NCBI GenBank assembly: GCA_050575255.1
Contig: JBNZDD010013686.1
Location: forward strand, 3,964,801-4,028,800
Reading direction: 5' to 3'
Source of the DNA: Harriotta raleighana
Taxonomy: Eukaryota
DNA: 64,000 nucleotides
Notes under the pieces: model-generated
What the model was told of the DNA's origin: nothing
Databases searched by the model: none
The model's input: the letters and a program-made list of their open reading frames with translations, nothing else
In this document: one piece after another, positions 40,461 to 54,169 of the stretch
Layout of the letters: every line of letters begins with the position of its first letter
How positions within the stretch are numbered: the stretch's first letter is position 1
Made by a program: the position numbers and the translations under genes

Positions 40461-43400
40461 CCATAAAGGTATTCGGAAGCAAGCAGTTGTACTTAAGTAC
40501 ACTGAAGTGCACTTCGTCTCAGCATTGCACATTCATTGTATTGCACTGCTCATTTTAAAACGTCGGGTTTTCTTTTTTTTTAAAAAGTATTAAGCCACAA
40601 GAAAAAAATATGGGTTCTTTGCAATTCCAGTTGAGTCGTTTTGAATTATCCTTTGATAGACAAGCAATTAAACTGGCAGAATAAGATGGCAGATGTAATA
40701 CCTAGGAACCTGGAAACATTACAGACATACACATGTGGTTTCAGTCACTTAATTGCGCACAAGACCTCCAGGTTTGAAGCTTGAATCCAGTCTCGTCTGG
40801 TTTGTTTATAAACCTGGTCACAGTTTCCCCAAGTATGAGTTTTTCCGGCCATGGTTATATTATTTTTGGAAAGGTAGGAATCCCTACAATCGCCCCTCCC
40901 AGTGAACGATCTTAGTCACAGCACTGACACCCGACACCATTGGTCACAGTAGGGAGAGAGACGAACCACAGTAAATTGAATTGATCCATCTCCAGCTCAG
41001 CAGCAGTATTTTACCTTCTCCTCAGTGGGAAAGATGGACAATAGCCCAGTGGCATTCGTAAGATCACTTTGAGTGGCGCCCTGTCATTGAGCTGCTATGC
41101 TGTATTATGTCATTTCCACTTGCTAAGCAGCCAAAGTCAAATCAAACCAATGTGCAAGGCCATGGAATGGATTGCAAAGTAGTACAGTATTTGGAAGTCC
41201 GTAAAGGATATTTAAAATAGGTCTTAGAAAGTGATGAATAAAATACAAAGTTACATTCACATAACACCTCTTATGTCAAGAAGATCTTGTAAAGCGCTTG
41301 ATGCCACTTAACTATTAGAAGGTTGCACAGCTATTCACATTTTTCCACTCAATGCTTTGTTCCCACGAGGCCAGTCTCACCTTGAAATCATACCAAAGGA
41401 CACACCGGGATTATGGTTCATATATTCATTCATGTTGCTCCGAGCAGTAAAGGTGTTTTGTAAATTGCGCAGCAGAACAAGAGCCTAATATGAAAAATGA
41501 CGCCCGAATATTAATTTTGGCTTCCAGCTGCAAGGAACTGAACAGAAATAATTTCTTTGAAAAATGTTTGCTGGAAAACAAATTTAATTGGAATGAGATT
41601 GCCGTTATTTTCAGTTCCTTCTGGAAGCCAGGGTGTCATTTGATTGTCCTTAACTGGATTTCCCAAATGTTTGTGTGACATTTTGCAATTGCTGCATTGC
41701 CTTGTAAAATTCTCCCAATCTACAGGCTGTTTTAGTGCCCCAAAAGTGAATCAACTTCCAAAGGGAATTGGAAAGAGCAAACTGTGCATTTGTTGAAGCT
41801 GCCTCTTCATTGACTCTTCAGATGGTATGGCAGTTTTACCATTTTCACACCAGCATAGCAAAATTCATAGCACACCATTCATCAGACAAATGTTGGAATC
41901 GCCTTGTCCCATTGTAGAATTATAAAATCTCATGGAACAGAAGGAGACCATTCAGCCCATCATGAAAGAGTAGTTTCCCACTCCCTTGCTCTTATGGAAT
42001 CGTTGTATGAGATTTTACCTTCGTGTAATCTATCGGAATAATGGGGATGAAAAACACAGAGAATCAAAACTGTGGTGTTTCATCACCTTTAGATTCAGTG
42101 GTTACATTTAAAAGTGAACTGCCTTAGAAAACAAAACAAAAGTATAAAGAAGAAAACAACGAAAAGAAAAGAATTATGCAACGAGAGAGGCTGGACAGTA
42201 AAATAAGGAAAATAAGTTTATATGGACGAAACAAAGGAAAATAGTAAAACAAAAAGTTGAAAGATGTCTGTAAATAATAATCTCCCTCATTTTATTGCAG
42301 CCACTAAAACTTTTCAGTGGACACATGACAACTTTATTGGACTTTATAAAATGATTATGCCATTATGTAGCTAACAATAACTAATGTGTACAAGATGTGC
42401 TCGTACCGTTAATATAGAATAACTGAGGTTACCCAGAGTAAATTAATTAGAATGGGAGAAGTTCCAAACAGACATCTGTTATGAATTGGACTGCGTGCCT
42501 CAGATCAGCTACACGGAAAGCATTATAGAAGATTTTTAAATTTTTCCCAAAATTGTTACCAAAACACAAGTATGAGTTGCAGATTAGGCAGTTCAGATGC
42601 CATTTTAAACTGAGAACGAAGTTTGAGCAGTTTATCAGTGCCATCTGAACCCTGAGGTTAGTTACTGCTGTCAAATACATATTTTGACACCCCCTCATCC
42701 ATTGTAATAAACACAAAACAAAAACCACAGGGACAAATTCCAAAATGAAGCAGGTAATCAAATTTTGAACAGTAAACAAAGTCGTCAATTCACAATGTGT
42801 GTCGAACGAAACGTGTGTTAAACATAACTTGTGTTTCTCATTCCCGGATGTGTTATTTGCTTTGTGAAACTGAGAGCACAGCTTTCTTTATAAGACGTTG
42901 AGTGCATTATTTCCACTTGTTACTTTTAAGAATGGCAAGGTTGTCTACTCTGTGTAAGATGATTTCTAAGGAAGAATGATGGAAAAGAGAGAAGGAAGGA
43001 TGTCAGGGAAGCAACTGTACAACATTGTTTTCAATTTGTGGTGTGTAACTTCCTGCATATAACTGGATAGCCTGTCGGGTGAAGTTCAAGCTTAACAGGC
43101 AGAATGCTGAGATCTGTGTGGGAGAGTGGAAGATAGTAAGGTGGTAGGCACGTTGGATGTAATTTCTCCCAGTGAATGAATGGGGACAGGATTCTACGCC
43201 TGAGTGTGTATTTTTGTTGCCTGTTTTGGTGTATTATGGTGAATCACAGATATTTTCACAAAGTTTTCACAGTCAACTGGTGCTCTTTTCAGGTGTGTTT
43301 TGATCCTGAAAACATAAGATTTATTTCCTGCTTTAAACTGCTCTTACCTGATTAAAGTGGAGTTCTTCCACAGTATAGTCACTGCACTTCATCAGGAGTC

Positions 43401-43734
43401 TGTGAAGCTTTTGAGATGTCCTCCTAAAGTGAAAGGCGCTGTATCAAATGCCAATTTCATTACTTACAGTTAAAAGGAGGGTTTGCTGCCACAAGAATTC
43501 GATCTCATCAAATAGATCTTAACCAAATAAAATTAAATTTATTCAATTAAACCGAAAGTTACATTTAAGCATAGCTGTGTGTGCACAAATGTGCTACCAG
43601 ATTCACCCCCAAAATACACACTTACTGCACTCTGCACAAAATCCTATGAAGACTTTTGAAATGTTTTGATATTTTTTATATTGATGGTGTTTTCTATCAG
43701 AGCAGTAGGTATTGACCAATACAATATAAAATTC

Positions 43735-43824
43735 ACATTCAATTCACTTTGCAGTATATTCTGTGAAGCGCTTTGAGATGTCTCAAGGACTTGATGGGTG
43801 CAATATCAAATGCAAGGATTATTG
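43735..43824 (+). mobile_element. Family A SINE 3' fragment
   Basis: caattcactttgcagtatattctgtgaagcgctttgag...aaatgcaaggattatt. Confidence 0.8.
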
Positions 43825-46800
43825 TTTAAATTGGATTTGCTCTATCATAGATTGTTTCAAGAGGCCTTCTTTTGCTGCCTTTTCAGATAATGCATCCTTA
43901 TTCCACTTGGTATTTCACAAAAAGGCACAGATATTGCTGCAAAATAGTTTTATCGCGGACACATGAAAAGCATGATAGAAATAATGATCATACGATGAGG
44001 GCGGCTATTATCTTCTGAAAATAAATCTGCAACAATCTTCTAAAGAGTAGCTGCAAATTTATTACTGAATGATTTTCATGGTTCTAAAATGGAGTTATGA
44101 ATGCCAACAAAATGGTTAGTGCTCTTTTATCCTCTATACTAGCCCACTCCAAAACCCCTAATACCCTGCTGATGTATTCTTTTGCACCCTTGCCTGATTA
44201 AGTGTCTAAGCTCCAGTGACAGAACTAAAGAAACCATAGTGATAAGAGGATACAAGCTCTGGCTGAAACCATACATACACCAGCAATCACAGTCATTCAC
44301 ACTGAGTTAATAACCTGAGTTCCAATTAACTCAATGATCCACAAACAACCCTAATGCACTTGCAGTCTGTCACAGATTCCCCATGGGATTAGGACAGCAC
44401 ATATAAAACCTGAAGGAAGTAGACTTTATCAATGAAAACATACAATTTACTACCAGCAAACATGATTGTAAGGAGCCCTGTACTTTGTTCTAATATTTTC
44501 CTGTAGCTGTTAATATATTGTCTGGTGTGCTGGGCTACAAGCAGTCAAGTCAGGGTTTACAGCTGATACACTCAGTCAGTGCAGTTATCAATGTATAATG
44601 CATGCATATCAAGCACTAAATACAAAACATAGCATTGTGTTCACCATGTGTGTTTTAATAAGAATTCCATTATATTAGAGCAATAAAAATCTCATTAATA
44701 TTTGACAATTTGGTACATGATAGATGTGACACAAAATAGCATCAAATGGACGCTAATTGTGCAGTACAAATAGGGCATTGGATAAACTCTACCTGGAGAC
44801 AGATGGGAGTGTGAGTTTTCAAACTAATAGCGACGTTCACGTAAAGACCCCTGCTGTGAACAAATCGCCATATAAGGAAACCAGTTAAAGAGTGACATTC
44901 AAACAGTGATTCACAACAGCGAGGACTTGCATCAGAATAATAATGCTCAGTAATATTACATGAGCAAAAGGAAAACAAACTGCGCCCAGTTTCCAGCAAC
45001 AAAAAGAATAACACTCATTTAATGTTATATTGGAATAGAAATGAGTGTGTGTTTTTTTTTTGGGGGGGGGGGTGCTGTGTGTGGTGGGTGTGGGCTGGTA
45101 TCAGAGATTCCTTAACATGTCTTCAGCAGGAGGTTCTGACCTGGTTCTACAGTCTTGAATTCAATTCCCAGACCAGCTCATTACTGAATCTTACTTGTCA
45201 ATCACTCCGGTAGGCCTCCGATGTAGTTTGAGGGTCTTACAGGAATTGGAACCTTTTGTGGTTGTTGGTGTTATGATTCAAAAAGGATTTTCTTTTCAAA
45301 CGTTGGAGCTTGGAAAAGTGCAATGTTTTCTTTCCCCACCCTGCCTGCTCCCTTCATTTTGATTTGAGCGCCAATAGATTTTTCATGGTGTGCGGAAATG
45401 TTTTTGTTTTGTAAGCTTTTGGCTATTTCTCTTAGCCTTTGAAACCATTTCCATGAGGATATAACTTAATGCAACTGCACAAGTAAATCCAAGACTAGAA
45501 TTAGGAAACATCTGTTCTCTGCTTGAATACATATGCTCTGAGCAGGCTTTCTGCTAGGACAGTAAAAAAGGCATTCCCTTCACACCTGTGGTAGACGGTT
45601 GAATGGAGGCTTACAATAGATTCTGATGCCAATATGAGAAATGTATGGACAATTTTCATTCATGTTGCTAGAGTTGGTATGTCCCATTATTAATGAAACA
45701 CCATCTATGCATTCTGCTTTTATGCTGTCAAAGGTCGTATTCCACTGACCAAGCACTGTTGCTGTAAAGATTGCCCTGCTTTCTGCATTATTAACCTATT
45801 ATTTCACTGCGAGAGATGAACAGCTATGGGGCTGAATGAAAGACGAGAGACAGACACTTAAGTAACACAAGAGCAAAAAAAAATTGGGCCCGGATTGCAC
45901 AGTGGTTACACGCCCGTCTCTGGCATCTACGATTGAATGCAACCTGCATACCTGTAAAATGATGCAATTTCTTATGAAGTTCCTTGTATCCATCATAATA
46001 TGTTTATTGCAAAATAAATGGAAGCCCCTTCTCACAAGCTCCTCCAACCATGTATAGCTAAAATCGGGTCCGAAACTCTGACTGTACACTGCCTTGGAAC
46101 GTCCTCCCGACACGAAAGGCGCTATAGATATATAATTTTGTCGTTGTGGTTGTTGTAAATGACGAATTAGACTGTGATTTGCCAGGAGAGTTCCTCAGCA
46201 TCACTGCAGCCGAGCGATGTTCAGCAAGGGTTGCTGGAATTACTCGGTTAAAGGCATCCCCTTGACGTACCGCTCCATTCAACGGCCAGGCTAAGGGCAA
46301 TCACTATCTTTTCTCAAATGGTACCAACCAGTTTGAGTGACAGACAGGGAGCCTTGAGATTCAAACATCTGACCTTCTGCCGCTAAATTCAACATTCAAG
46401 TAAGAAATTCTAGTCACCTCGTTGGTGGCACAAACAATGCAGTCTCCCCTTGAATTTCACCTCGACAACTTTTGCTACGACAGACAGCATTTGTATTCTC
46501 CACTCTTTTAAATTTAACTCTGAAATCCCAACGGAGCTGCCTGTCATTGTTGTTATGGTCCTAGTTCTGGGTTAGAGGCACCAGAGCAGTGGTAGATTAT
46601 TTTAGTGTTTTTCAAGACTGCAGTATTTAGAAATTGCTCATTTCTGTGCCAATTACCAACCGGCATCCCCAGTGACTAGTGATGTAGTCAGGTCAAGTTA
46701 AAAGGCATGGAATGTCATCTGACATTGTCTGGACTGTTATGACCTTGAATAAGATTTCTTGTATTCAAGCTATAATTACCTTCAGACATGATTCCTACGA

Positions 46801-46986
46801 ACCAAAACGCTGTGTGAGCCAATGTTGTGTATGACTGTTTATTTATTCTGCAGTCAGGTAGTTCTGAATACTTACTGTTAATTGGGTATTTTTCCTATAG
46901 TCTTTTTATTATTGATTAAAAAAAGTAACAATCTTTATATTCGATAGGACAGGCATTGTCTTATAGCTCTTCACAGAATAACGCAT

Positions 46987-47906
46987 GGAAAGTTCCAGGA
47001 CTTAAAAATGAATTTGACTGGTCGCCAAAGGAAATACAATTCATAATATATATTTGGCCACTGTGACTCATTTCGCTCGGCTAGTTATGATTTTTCAAGG
47101 AGTTTTTGACACTCCAGACAAATATCGTTCCTTAATGCTGTGCTTACGCTGCTTTGCTCCTGACAGTATGGCAAAATGCATCAGGGGGTCAGATTTTCAC
47201 GTGGGCCCCTCCACATCGGGTCAAGTCAGCACATTACGCTAACATTGTGCATTTGTTTTGCAATGTATTGACGAGCTAGTTGAACAACTGGATCTCACAG
47301 CATCAAAAATAATTCAATCGAGAATTTTGAATGGAGGAGCTAGCCAAGTGCGATTTGCGGCCCCCCACGTTTGCAATGCGTTCTACCACAAATATACAGT
47401 CAATTCACTTTACAGTATATTCTGTGAAGCGCTTTGGGACGTTGATAAGATGTGAAAAGCGCTATATCAAATGCAAGGATTATTATTATAAACCACAATG
47501 CATTTAAATCATCTCCTTCAGGTGGCATCAAGAGCAGACACTAAATATAATAATCCTTGCAACTGATGTAGCGCCTTTTATATCTGGAGGACTCAATTGT
47601 TCAGCTGTCTCTTCAATGCTTCTTAAAAAACAAATGCCCAATCCAGACATAATGTGCTGACTTGACCCAATGTGGAGGGAGGAAATGTGTGAATCTGACA
47701 CCCTGTTCCATGTTGTTATACTGTCAGAAACAAAGAAGCATAAACACAGCATTAAGAGACTTATTTTTATATTTGTCAGGCATGTCAAAAACTCCTTGCA
47801 AAATCATAACTAGCCCAGCGAAATGAGTCACAGTGGCCAAATATATATTATGAATTGTATTTCCTTTGGCGACCAGTCAAATTCATTTTAAGTCCTGGAA
47901 GTTTCC
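46987..47906. repeat. Inverted repeat of about 139 bp (46987-47125 and 47769-47906), about 7 differences, 643-bp spacer
   Basis: ttccaggactta...gactggtcgccaaaggaaatacaattcataatatatatttggccactgtgactcatttcgct and its reverse complement. Confidence 0.92.
47355..47489 (+). mobile_element. Family A SINE 3' fragment inside the 46987-47906 inverted repeat
   Basis: cacaaatatacagtcaattcactttacagtatattctgtgaagcgc...ggattattatt. Confidence 0.85.
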
Positions 47907-49583
47907 CCCGGCCTGCTGTTAGGTGAAGCAGGATGGAGCCACATACTGTGAAGAAGCAGAACAGTTTGACAGAATCTAGTAACAAAACACGAAGCTGCTA
48001 ATTCCAGAGCAAACTGCGCAGGTTCGGCAGTAAGTGATTTCACCAACACTCCGGAGACTATTTTGACAAATGTTTTGTTTCAAGATTCTGTCAAGGTTTC
48101 CGCAGAGCGTGGTGATTATGGTTCCATCTTAGCAGCAGGTCCAAGATACGAGAATGTTTTAAGTGAATTAGAGTGATTTTAAAGCAAGATAATCGATCAA
48201 ATAAATTCTGACCAGTATAATTGGTTTCACTAAATTTAATTGGTCATAATTTTGTGATGATATGTTTGATTCAGCTGACAAATCTCGTCCTCTTAAGGTG
48301 TATCATGACATTATAGCATAGCCGTAACAGTTGATTTTACACAATTACATTGCATGAAAGCAATAATTTAATATATTAGGAACTTTAATGATTTTTAAGG
48401 CAAGTCATTGCACATTACAATTTCTGAAAGTGCCGAAATTATTCTTTGAGGCAATTTATCACAAGATTATAGTAAATGATGTGTTGAAGATCATTTAATA
48501 ATATTGCAGTTGTGCAGTGGTGGTTGTCCAGAAAATACGGATGTTGCAGGCAATTTCCTCCGGATTGGTGATGGAGCAGGGACTCTGTGCACTGAAATTG
48601 CTCACAGAAACATTTTTTGGCTGGGGATCGTAACAGACAGGGTTCCCTGTACGACTGGCTAGGAGGCAGACGTCGTAAAAATAAATCTTAAAAATAACCC
48701 TTGTCAGAGAATTTAACAAGACTCAGACTTGATCAATAATCCTGACGGGGAAGCATGATCTCACCGTATTTTGTTATTGCACATACCATTCCCAAGCTGC
48801 CAACAAGCAGGCTCGAACCTTGTGAGTCACGCAGTTCAAGCAGTGTCCTAAGACAGCCAGACAGCCAGGCTTTCGAAAGGCTGCACAGCAAGTCCAATGA
48901 GACTGTTTTCATTGTGAGGTTTGACAAATGATCCGTACAGCACCTAACGATAAGTTTAAAGAATAGTGCGGTAAAAATAGTGTCAGTTATTGAAGCACGG
49001 AATAAATAGTCCTTGGCACTAAAAGAAGAACATCAATAGAGTAGTCAGATGATTGGATCTAAGAAGAAGAGGAGGAGAGAGCAAATGATACTTTAAGGTG
49101 AAGTATTGAATTTCTAGATGGAAACTAAAGCTGAAATGAAAACTGAGTGCAGGGTTCAGAGATACAGCACTTCACATCTATTTGGTCAAACCGTGCCCAA
49201 ACTGTAATATCTATTTAATAGAATGAGCCAAAAATGTTTGAAACAAGCTGCAGAAAAGCTTTTGATTTTTTTCTCTCTTACTTTCTCTGTCCCTCTCTGG
49301 GCTATAAAACATGTTGTTCATTAGTTGGGAGCCTTAATGATGTAATCACCTGAACTGATCATGTTTCACTGAAATTTCACTGTCCAACTATCAAGGCTGC
49401 TGGAAAGATATGCCTCTGCAGAAAATTTGTGCCAAATTGCTGAACTTGAAATAGCTCTGAAAGAAATCAATGCTGTTCTCTTTTGCATTTTAACAGACTG
49501 TGCATGTGTGAGCATATGAAGTATTTGCTGCCTGGTGTTTCCTTGGTTAACTTTGCTCTCTCTCTCTCTCTCTCTTTTTCCAG

Positions 49584-49746
49584 CAGTATTGCTTTGCAGA
49601 ATTCCCACAGCACAGGATCAGGGCATTCCAGTGGTGGATCAAGCAGCTCCAGTGAATCCGGGAGCAGTTCCGAATCCGATTCAGACAGCGAAAGCAGCTC
49701 CAGTGATAGTGAGTGCAATAAAGCTTCACGCAATGCAACGCCAGAG
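49584..49746 (+). CDS. AFF2: AFF2 Ser-rich coding exon (163 nt, phase 2 to 0): SIALQNSHSTGSGHSSGGSSSSSESGSSSESDSDSESSSSDSECNKASRNATPE
   Basis: (CT)n polypyrimidine tract and cagcag acceptor; donor gag|gtaagg; poly-Ser region typical of AFF proteins (inside ORF 49483..50025). Confidence 0.93.
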
Positions 49747-50900
49747 GTAAGGTGGTCTTCCTCAGCCAGACGCATGTTGTGGCGGTGTCTGTACTCCCAG
49801 CCAGATACCTTCATTGACGAGACTGATGACGGCTGTGTCCACAAATGGATTTATCTTAAAATGTGGCCTGAGGTCTCTGATATGTTTTTCTCATTACATT
49901 TGATTTGTTTCCTAATTAACAAAATTGAGAATTTCCTCATGATAATGTTTAGCTTGTCCCGTAAATACCTACAGTTTCCCGTCTTAAATCCCTCCTCTTC
50001 TATTGGATCAGAGTCCATTGGGTAGAATTGGGACCGTGCCTACACAACTGGACATGTTTCATGTGTAAATAGGGCAATTACTATCAGCTAGCTGTTCAGG
50101 AGAGCAATCCACCTATAAAACGCCCCACCCACCCACAGACCTAAATGTACGTAAAAACAGGTCCACTCACACAAAGGTACACAAAGATGTACACACATCA
50201 CAGATGAGTATATTCATATAAAGCCATGCATACACATAAATGCCCCTTGACATATGTCAGCTGGATTGAAGCTTTAGTTGTTGTTTCCGTTAATCTCCTT
50301 GGTTGCTTGGTCAGGCAGAATCAGGTAATGCATAACCGTAAAGGTGGACAAACTTTGCACATCACCCATGTGTCTCCAGCGGGAATATTCTGCAATTCCG
50401 AGTAAGGTAAACACCGTGGTAAGAAAAATAAGCAGGCAATGGACTCTTTTATCAACCTCAAACAGAAATTGTTGCAAAATCTTTTGATTGAAAAGATGTA
50501 AAATTTTTATCATCGTTTTAATTTGAAAAATAATTAGCTTCATTATTGGGTAGATGCCTTTTAATAGGTCACTAGCACTCAGGAAACATTGTATTTAGTA
50601 GTTTTGAGCTATGCTGACTATGTTTAGGAGAACTAGAATAATCCTTTCATTTGATACCCCTGAGAGAATCCGATATCCACACTAATTGGGACAAATCCCA
50701 GTGTCGACAGGAAAACAATGTGGATATCACTGTTTAGACCAACATTAAAGTCACAATGATGCATTCCTCCCATACATGCATGCAAACCGAAAACACAACT
50801 GACATCTTAAGACATGTGCGGATCATCGGTTGTGCTGCGAATGCAATTTATTATTACAGTGAGATATAGCCTAATTTTTTATTTTGCTTTTGTTTAATAG

Positions 50901-51902
50901 CCTGAACCACCTTCTACCAACAAGTGGCAGTTGGATAAATGGTTAAACAAAGTAAACTCTCACAACAAGACAATTATAAACAATCAAACCGAGTGCCATG
51001 GGCTGAACGATTCTCAGTCTCAAGGCAACCAACAAAATGAAGGACAGAGCAAAGGTAAACTGAATGGTCCATTGCCTCAGCCAGATTCCAAAGAGAGGGT
51101 TTTGCTGAGCTCCATCAGGGAGAAAGCGAAACCGAGGACTGCTCAGAAACCCTCTGAAGGTAAAAGTGTGAAGCAAAAGTCACCGGCGCATAATGAACCA
51201 GCTCCTCAGAGGAAAACCACTGGCAAAAAACAACCCAGGAGAGTTGAGCGGACATCCAGTGTGGAGGATTATAACTGGACCAAACCAAATAACCCCAGCA
51301 GCACTCCCAAAGAAAAGGAAATTCGAGGAGCCTCTTCAGAACAACCCAAAGCAAAAGCAAAAGCAACCTGTGGCAAAACAGGGCCTCGGAAAGAGCCAAG
51401 GACTAACACAGGTGTCGCTGTTGACAAGAAAAAAAACAGAGGGCCCAGTAAGATTCTGCCAAAATCTAGAGAGTTTGTGGAAACTGATTCATCGGATTCT
51501 CACACAGACCAAGAAGAAATTGTTCCAGTGAAAATCTCTGCACCTTCCACTGTGACTGCCAGTTCGCTCAAACCTAAGGAATGTGGTAACCTCAGTAACT
51601 TTGCAAGTACCTTTGTAAGCAGCACTTCCATTGATCAAGCCACTAATGACATAGAAGAACAATCATTTTCACCTATTCCACTACCACAAACTGAACTTCT
51701 TTCACCCCTGAGAGACTACGAAGAGGTCAAATCCCTCTGGGTAAAATTAGACCTGAGCCTCTTGTCCAGGATCCCTGGCCAAGCACCAGTGGAGACTGCC
51801 TCGACCAAGCCAGATAACAGACAGCCTATCAGTAAACACAGCTGTCAGTCCCCTACACCAGTTACAGATAAAAGCAGCACTAAAACAAAACGGAAACACA
51901 AG
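50901..51902 (+). CDS. AFF2: AFF2 large coding exon (1002 nt, phase 0 to 0): PEPPSTNKWQLDKWLNKV...KTKRKHK; includes AF9/ENL-binding motif LWVKLDLSLLSRIP (51735-51776)
   Basis: Acceptor tttgtttaatag and donor aag|gttagt; 334 codons without a stop (ORF 50931..51935). Confidence 0.97.
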
Positions 51903-52198
51903 GTTAGTAACCTTTTGGGAAATGAGCAGAAGTGAGGTTGAAAAACAGATTTTGTATATGTCCAGGAAACATTTCACACAGGTTATCAGACATCAGATCT
52001 GCTGAGGAGGTTCCATTTAAAAAAAAATTCAATGGGAGTTTTTATTTTATCTGGTTTTATATAATCATTGTTAAACTCGGCTTAACAGTCCACGACGGTG
52101 TTTATACTCTACACGAATCTTCACCCATTTTCTTACTCCCTCACCTTCTCCTCTCTGTCATGTGAAAGTTTAATTTCCTCTTGATGCATCTGCACCAT

Positions 52199-52248
52199 CT
52201 GATTCAACCACTGCTTCAGGCAGCGAGTTCCACAATCTCACTATACCC
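52199..52248 (-). mobile_element. CR1-type LINE ORF2 fragment
   Basis: Reverse strand translates GIVRLWNSLPEAVVES (CR1 RVVxxWNxLPxxVVE motif). Confidence 0.55.
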
Positions 52249-53235
52249 TCATTACACTATCATTACCCACTTTTTTTTTAGATGCTTTTGCTGAAAAGAT
52301 TCTTTAACACTGCTGCAGAGACCATTAGCCTATAAATGTCACTTGTACTGTCTTGGCAGAGTGTTTAACCTGAATTTGCACAAACGTAAAGTGTTATTTA
52401 TCAGCATTTCTGCAATACCCACTAACTTCCCTCCAGGGAGAGAATGCGCATTCAATTTCAACAATCTTATCTCCGGAATTTCTGTAAGTGGGACGCATAG
52501 AAATTGCAGTTTGCTTTGCATACTCTTAGGCGAGTTAACGGGTTTCCACATTTGCCAGACATCCAGCTAACCAAATAAAACACCTTAGTTTATACGTGCA
52601 TATTTACTTTTACATGCCTTGGGACATCCTCCTTACGTGAAAGGCGCTATACCAGTGCAATTTTGTTACTGTTGTTTTACAACAGTTTCTTTACTTTACC
52701 ATGTTACTTTAAGATTTGAAAGGAAGATGGAAATATTATTTCTCAGTTGTAAACTAAGACTCGCTGTGTCCTGTGGTTGGACAAAGGTTTTTGGTTTGAA
52801 TTCCCCCAACAGGAATAAACACAATTGCAACTGAGCTGTCAGAGAGGGACATAGGCTGTTGGTTCACTGTAGGGTGCATGTGAAAATCAGCAGATCTAGG
52901 TGTGTATTAGCACCTGACTGAAGAGTTAATGGCTTTAGAAGAGACCTGAGAGCAGATTAGCTGCTCTACCTCTTGGCTCTTACAAACAGTGCAAATCTGA
53001 CATCAAGTGAAAGGCAAATCTGAGGGAGAGAGTGAAGAAAAATCTAAATGCCAAACCCTTTTTATCCAGCTTCTTTCTAAGTATTTTCTTCAGTTGTCAT
53101 TACTTGAACTGAGAAGCCAAGCACATTAAAGTTATAGAAGGTACTCGGAGCATGCTTGCAGAAGGTCCTTTCTGTATGTTTTACCCTTTCTGTTGCTGTT
53201 TACCTTTTATAACTTGTACTTTCTTTTCTGACTAG

Positions 53236-53360
53236 TGTGAAAATACAGAAGTACTGTGTGACAGCAAGAAACAACGCCTGGAGAAAGAGACGTCTGCTAT
53301 AACTGCACCACCTACCAGTTGTCCCGCCATCCCTGGTCATAAAACCCCGAACAGCAAAGA
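53236..53360 (+). CDS. AFF2: AFF2 coding exon (125 nt, phase 0 to 2): CENTEVLCDSKKQRLEKETSAITAPPTSCPAIPGHKTPNSK(E)
   Basis: Acceptor ttcttttctgactag and donor ga|gtatgt; KKQRLE motif; phases fit. Confidence 0.9.
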
Positions 53361-53496
53361 GTATGTACCTGTACATTTAATAGCCTCTGACACCATTGTA
53401 AATTGGAGAAGTCAATTTACATATTAAATAGTGCCCCAAAAATTGAAAACAGATTTTATGCTGCAAGTATGTACATAAAACATGCTTTTATAATGC

Positions 53497-53682
53497 ATCA
53501 TAATAATAATCGTCTGATCACTCAATCCACGACTGATTGTGAAACACTGTAGTGCATAATTGCTGCTGAATGACGCCCACAAAATATACAGCCAATTCAC
53601 TCTACAGTAAATTCTGTGAAGTGCTTTGAGACGTTTCGAAGACTTAATAAGTCGCTCTCGCAAATGTAATTATTATTGTTAT
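53497..53682 (+). mobile_element. Family A SINE, 5'-truncated, in the short intron between two exons
   Basis: caatccacgactg...gcccacaaaatatacagccaattcac...gctttgagacg. Confidence 0.8.
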
Positions 53683-53864
53683 ATCTTACATTGCACAGTG
53701 ACAGAGGTGATTACCGTTTAATGTAACAGTTCTGGTTGCAGTTATAGATTTAAATGAATTACCTCCTATTCATTTGTGATATTAAACGGCAGTACTAACA
53801 GGTGAAAGGTGCAACACTGTACAAACCATCTCTGTTTTTTTTTTCCTCTGCCTTTTCGCTGCAG

Positions 53865-54081
53865 GCCATCAAAGCAGATGACGAAGAAGGAGAAGAAATT
53901 CCCCCCTCCGCTGTCACCGCTTCCAGAAGAGCCTTCATACAAGCGTTGGAACAGTGACAATGCGCCCTTGAGTCAGGAGAGCAACAGCAACTCTGCACAG
54001 TCCAGTGCCTCGCAGCCCACTGCAACCTACAAACACCGCAAATCTGACAGCAAGTCGTCCTGCCATGCAAAAAATAGGATT
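53865..54081 (+). CDS. AFF2: AFF2 coding exon (217 nt, phase 2 to 0): PSKQMTKKEKKFPPPLSPLPEEPSYKR...CHAKNRI
   Basis: Acceptor ccttttcgctgcag and donor att|gtaagt; FPPPLSPLPE motif. Confidence 0.93.
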
Positions 54082-54169
54082 GTAAGTTCGTTGCACTCGC
54101 TCTCTTTCTCCTGCACCAAAAGTGAAAGCATCCCGGAGATGGATCAAAACCCTATTTATCTTGTATTTG

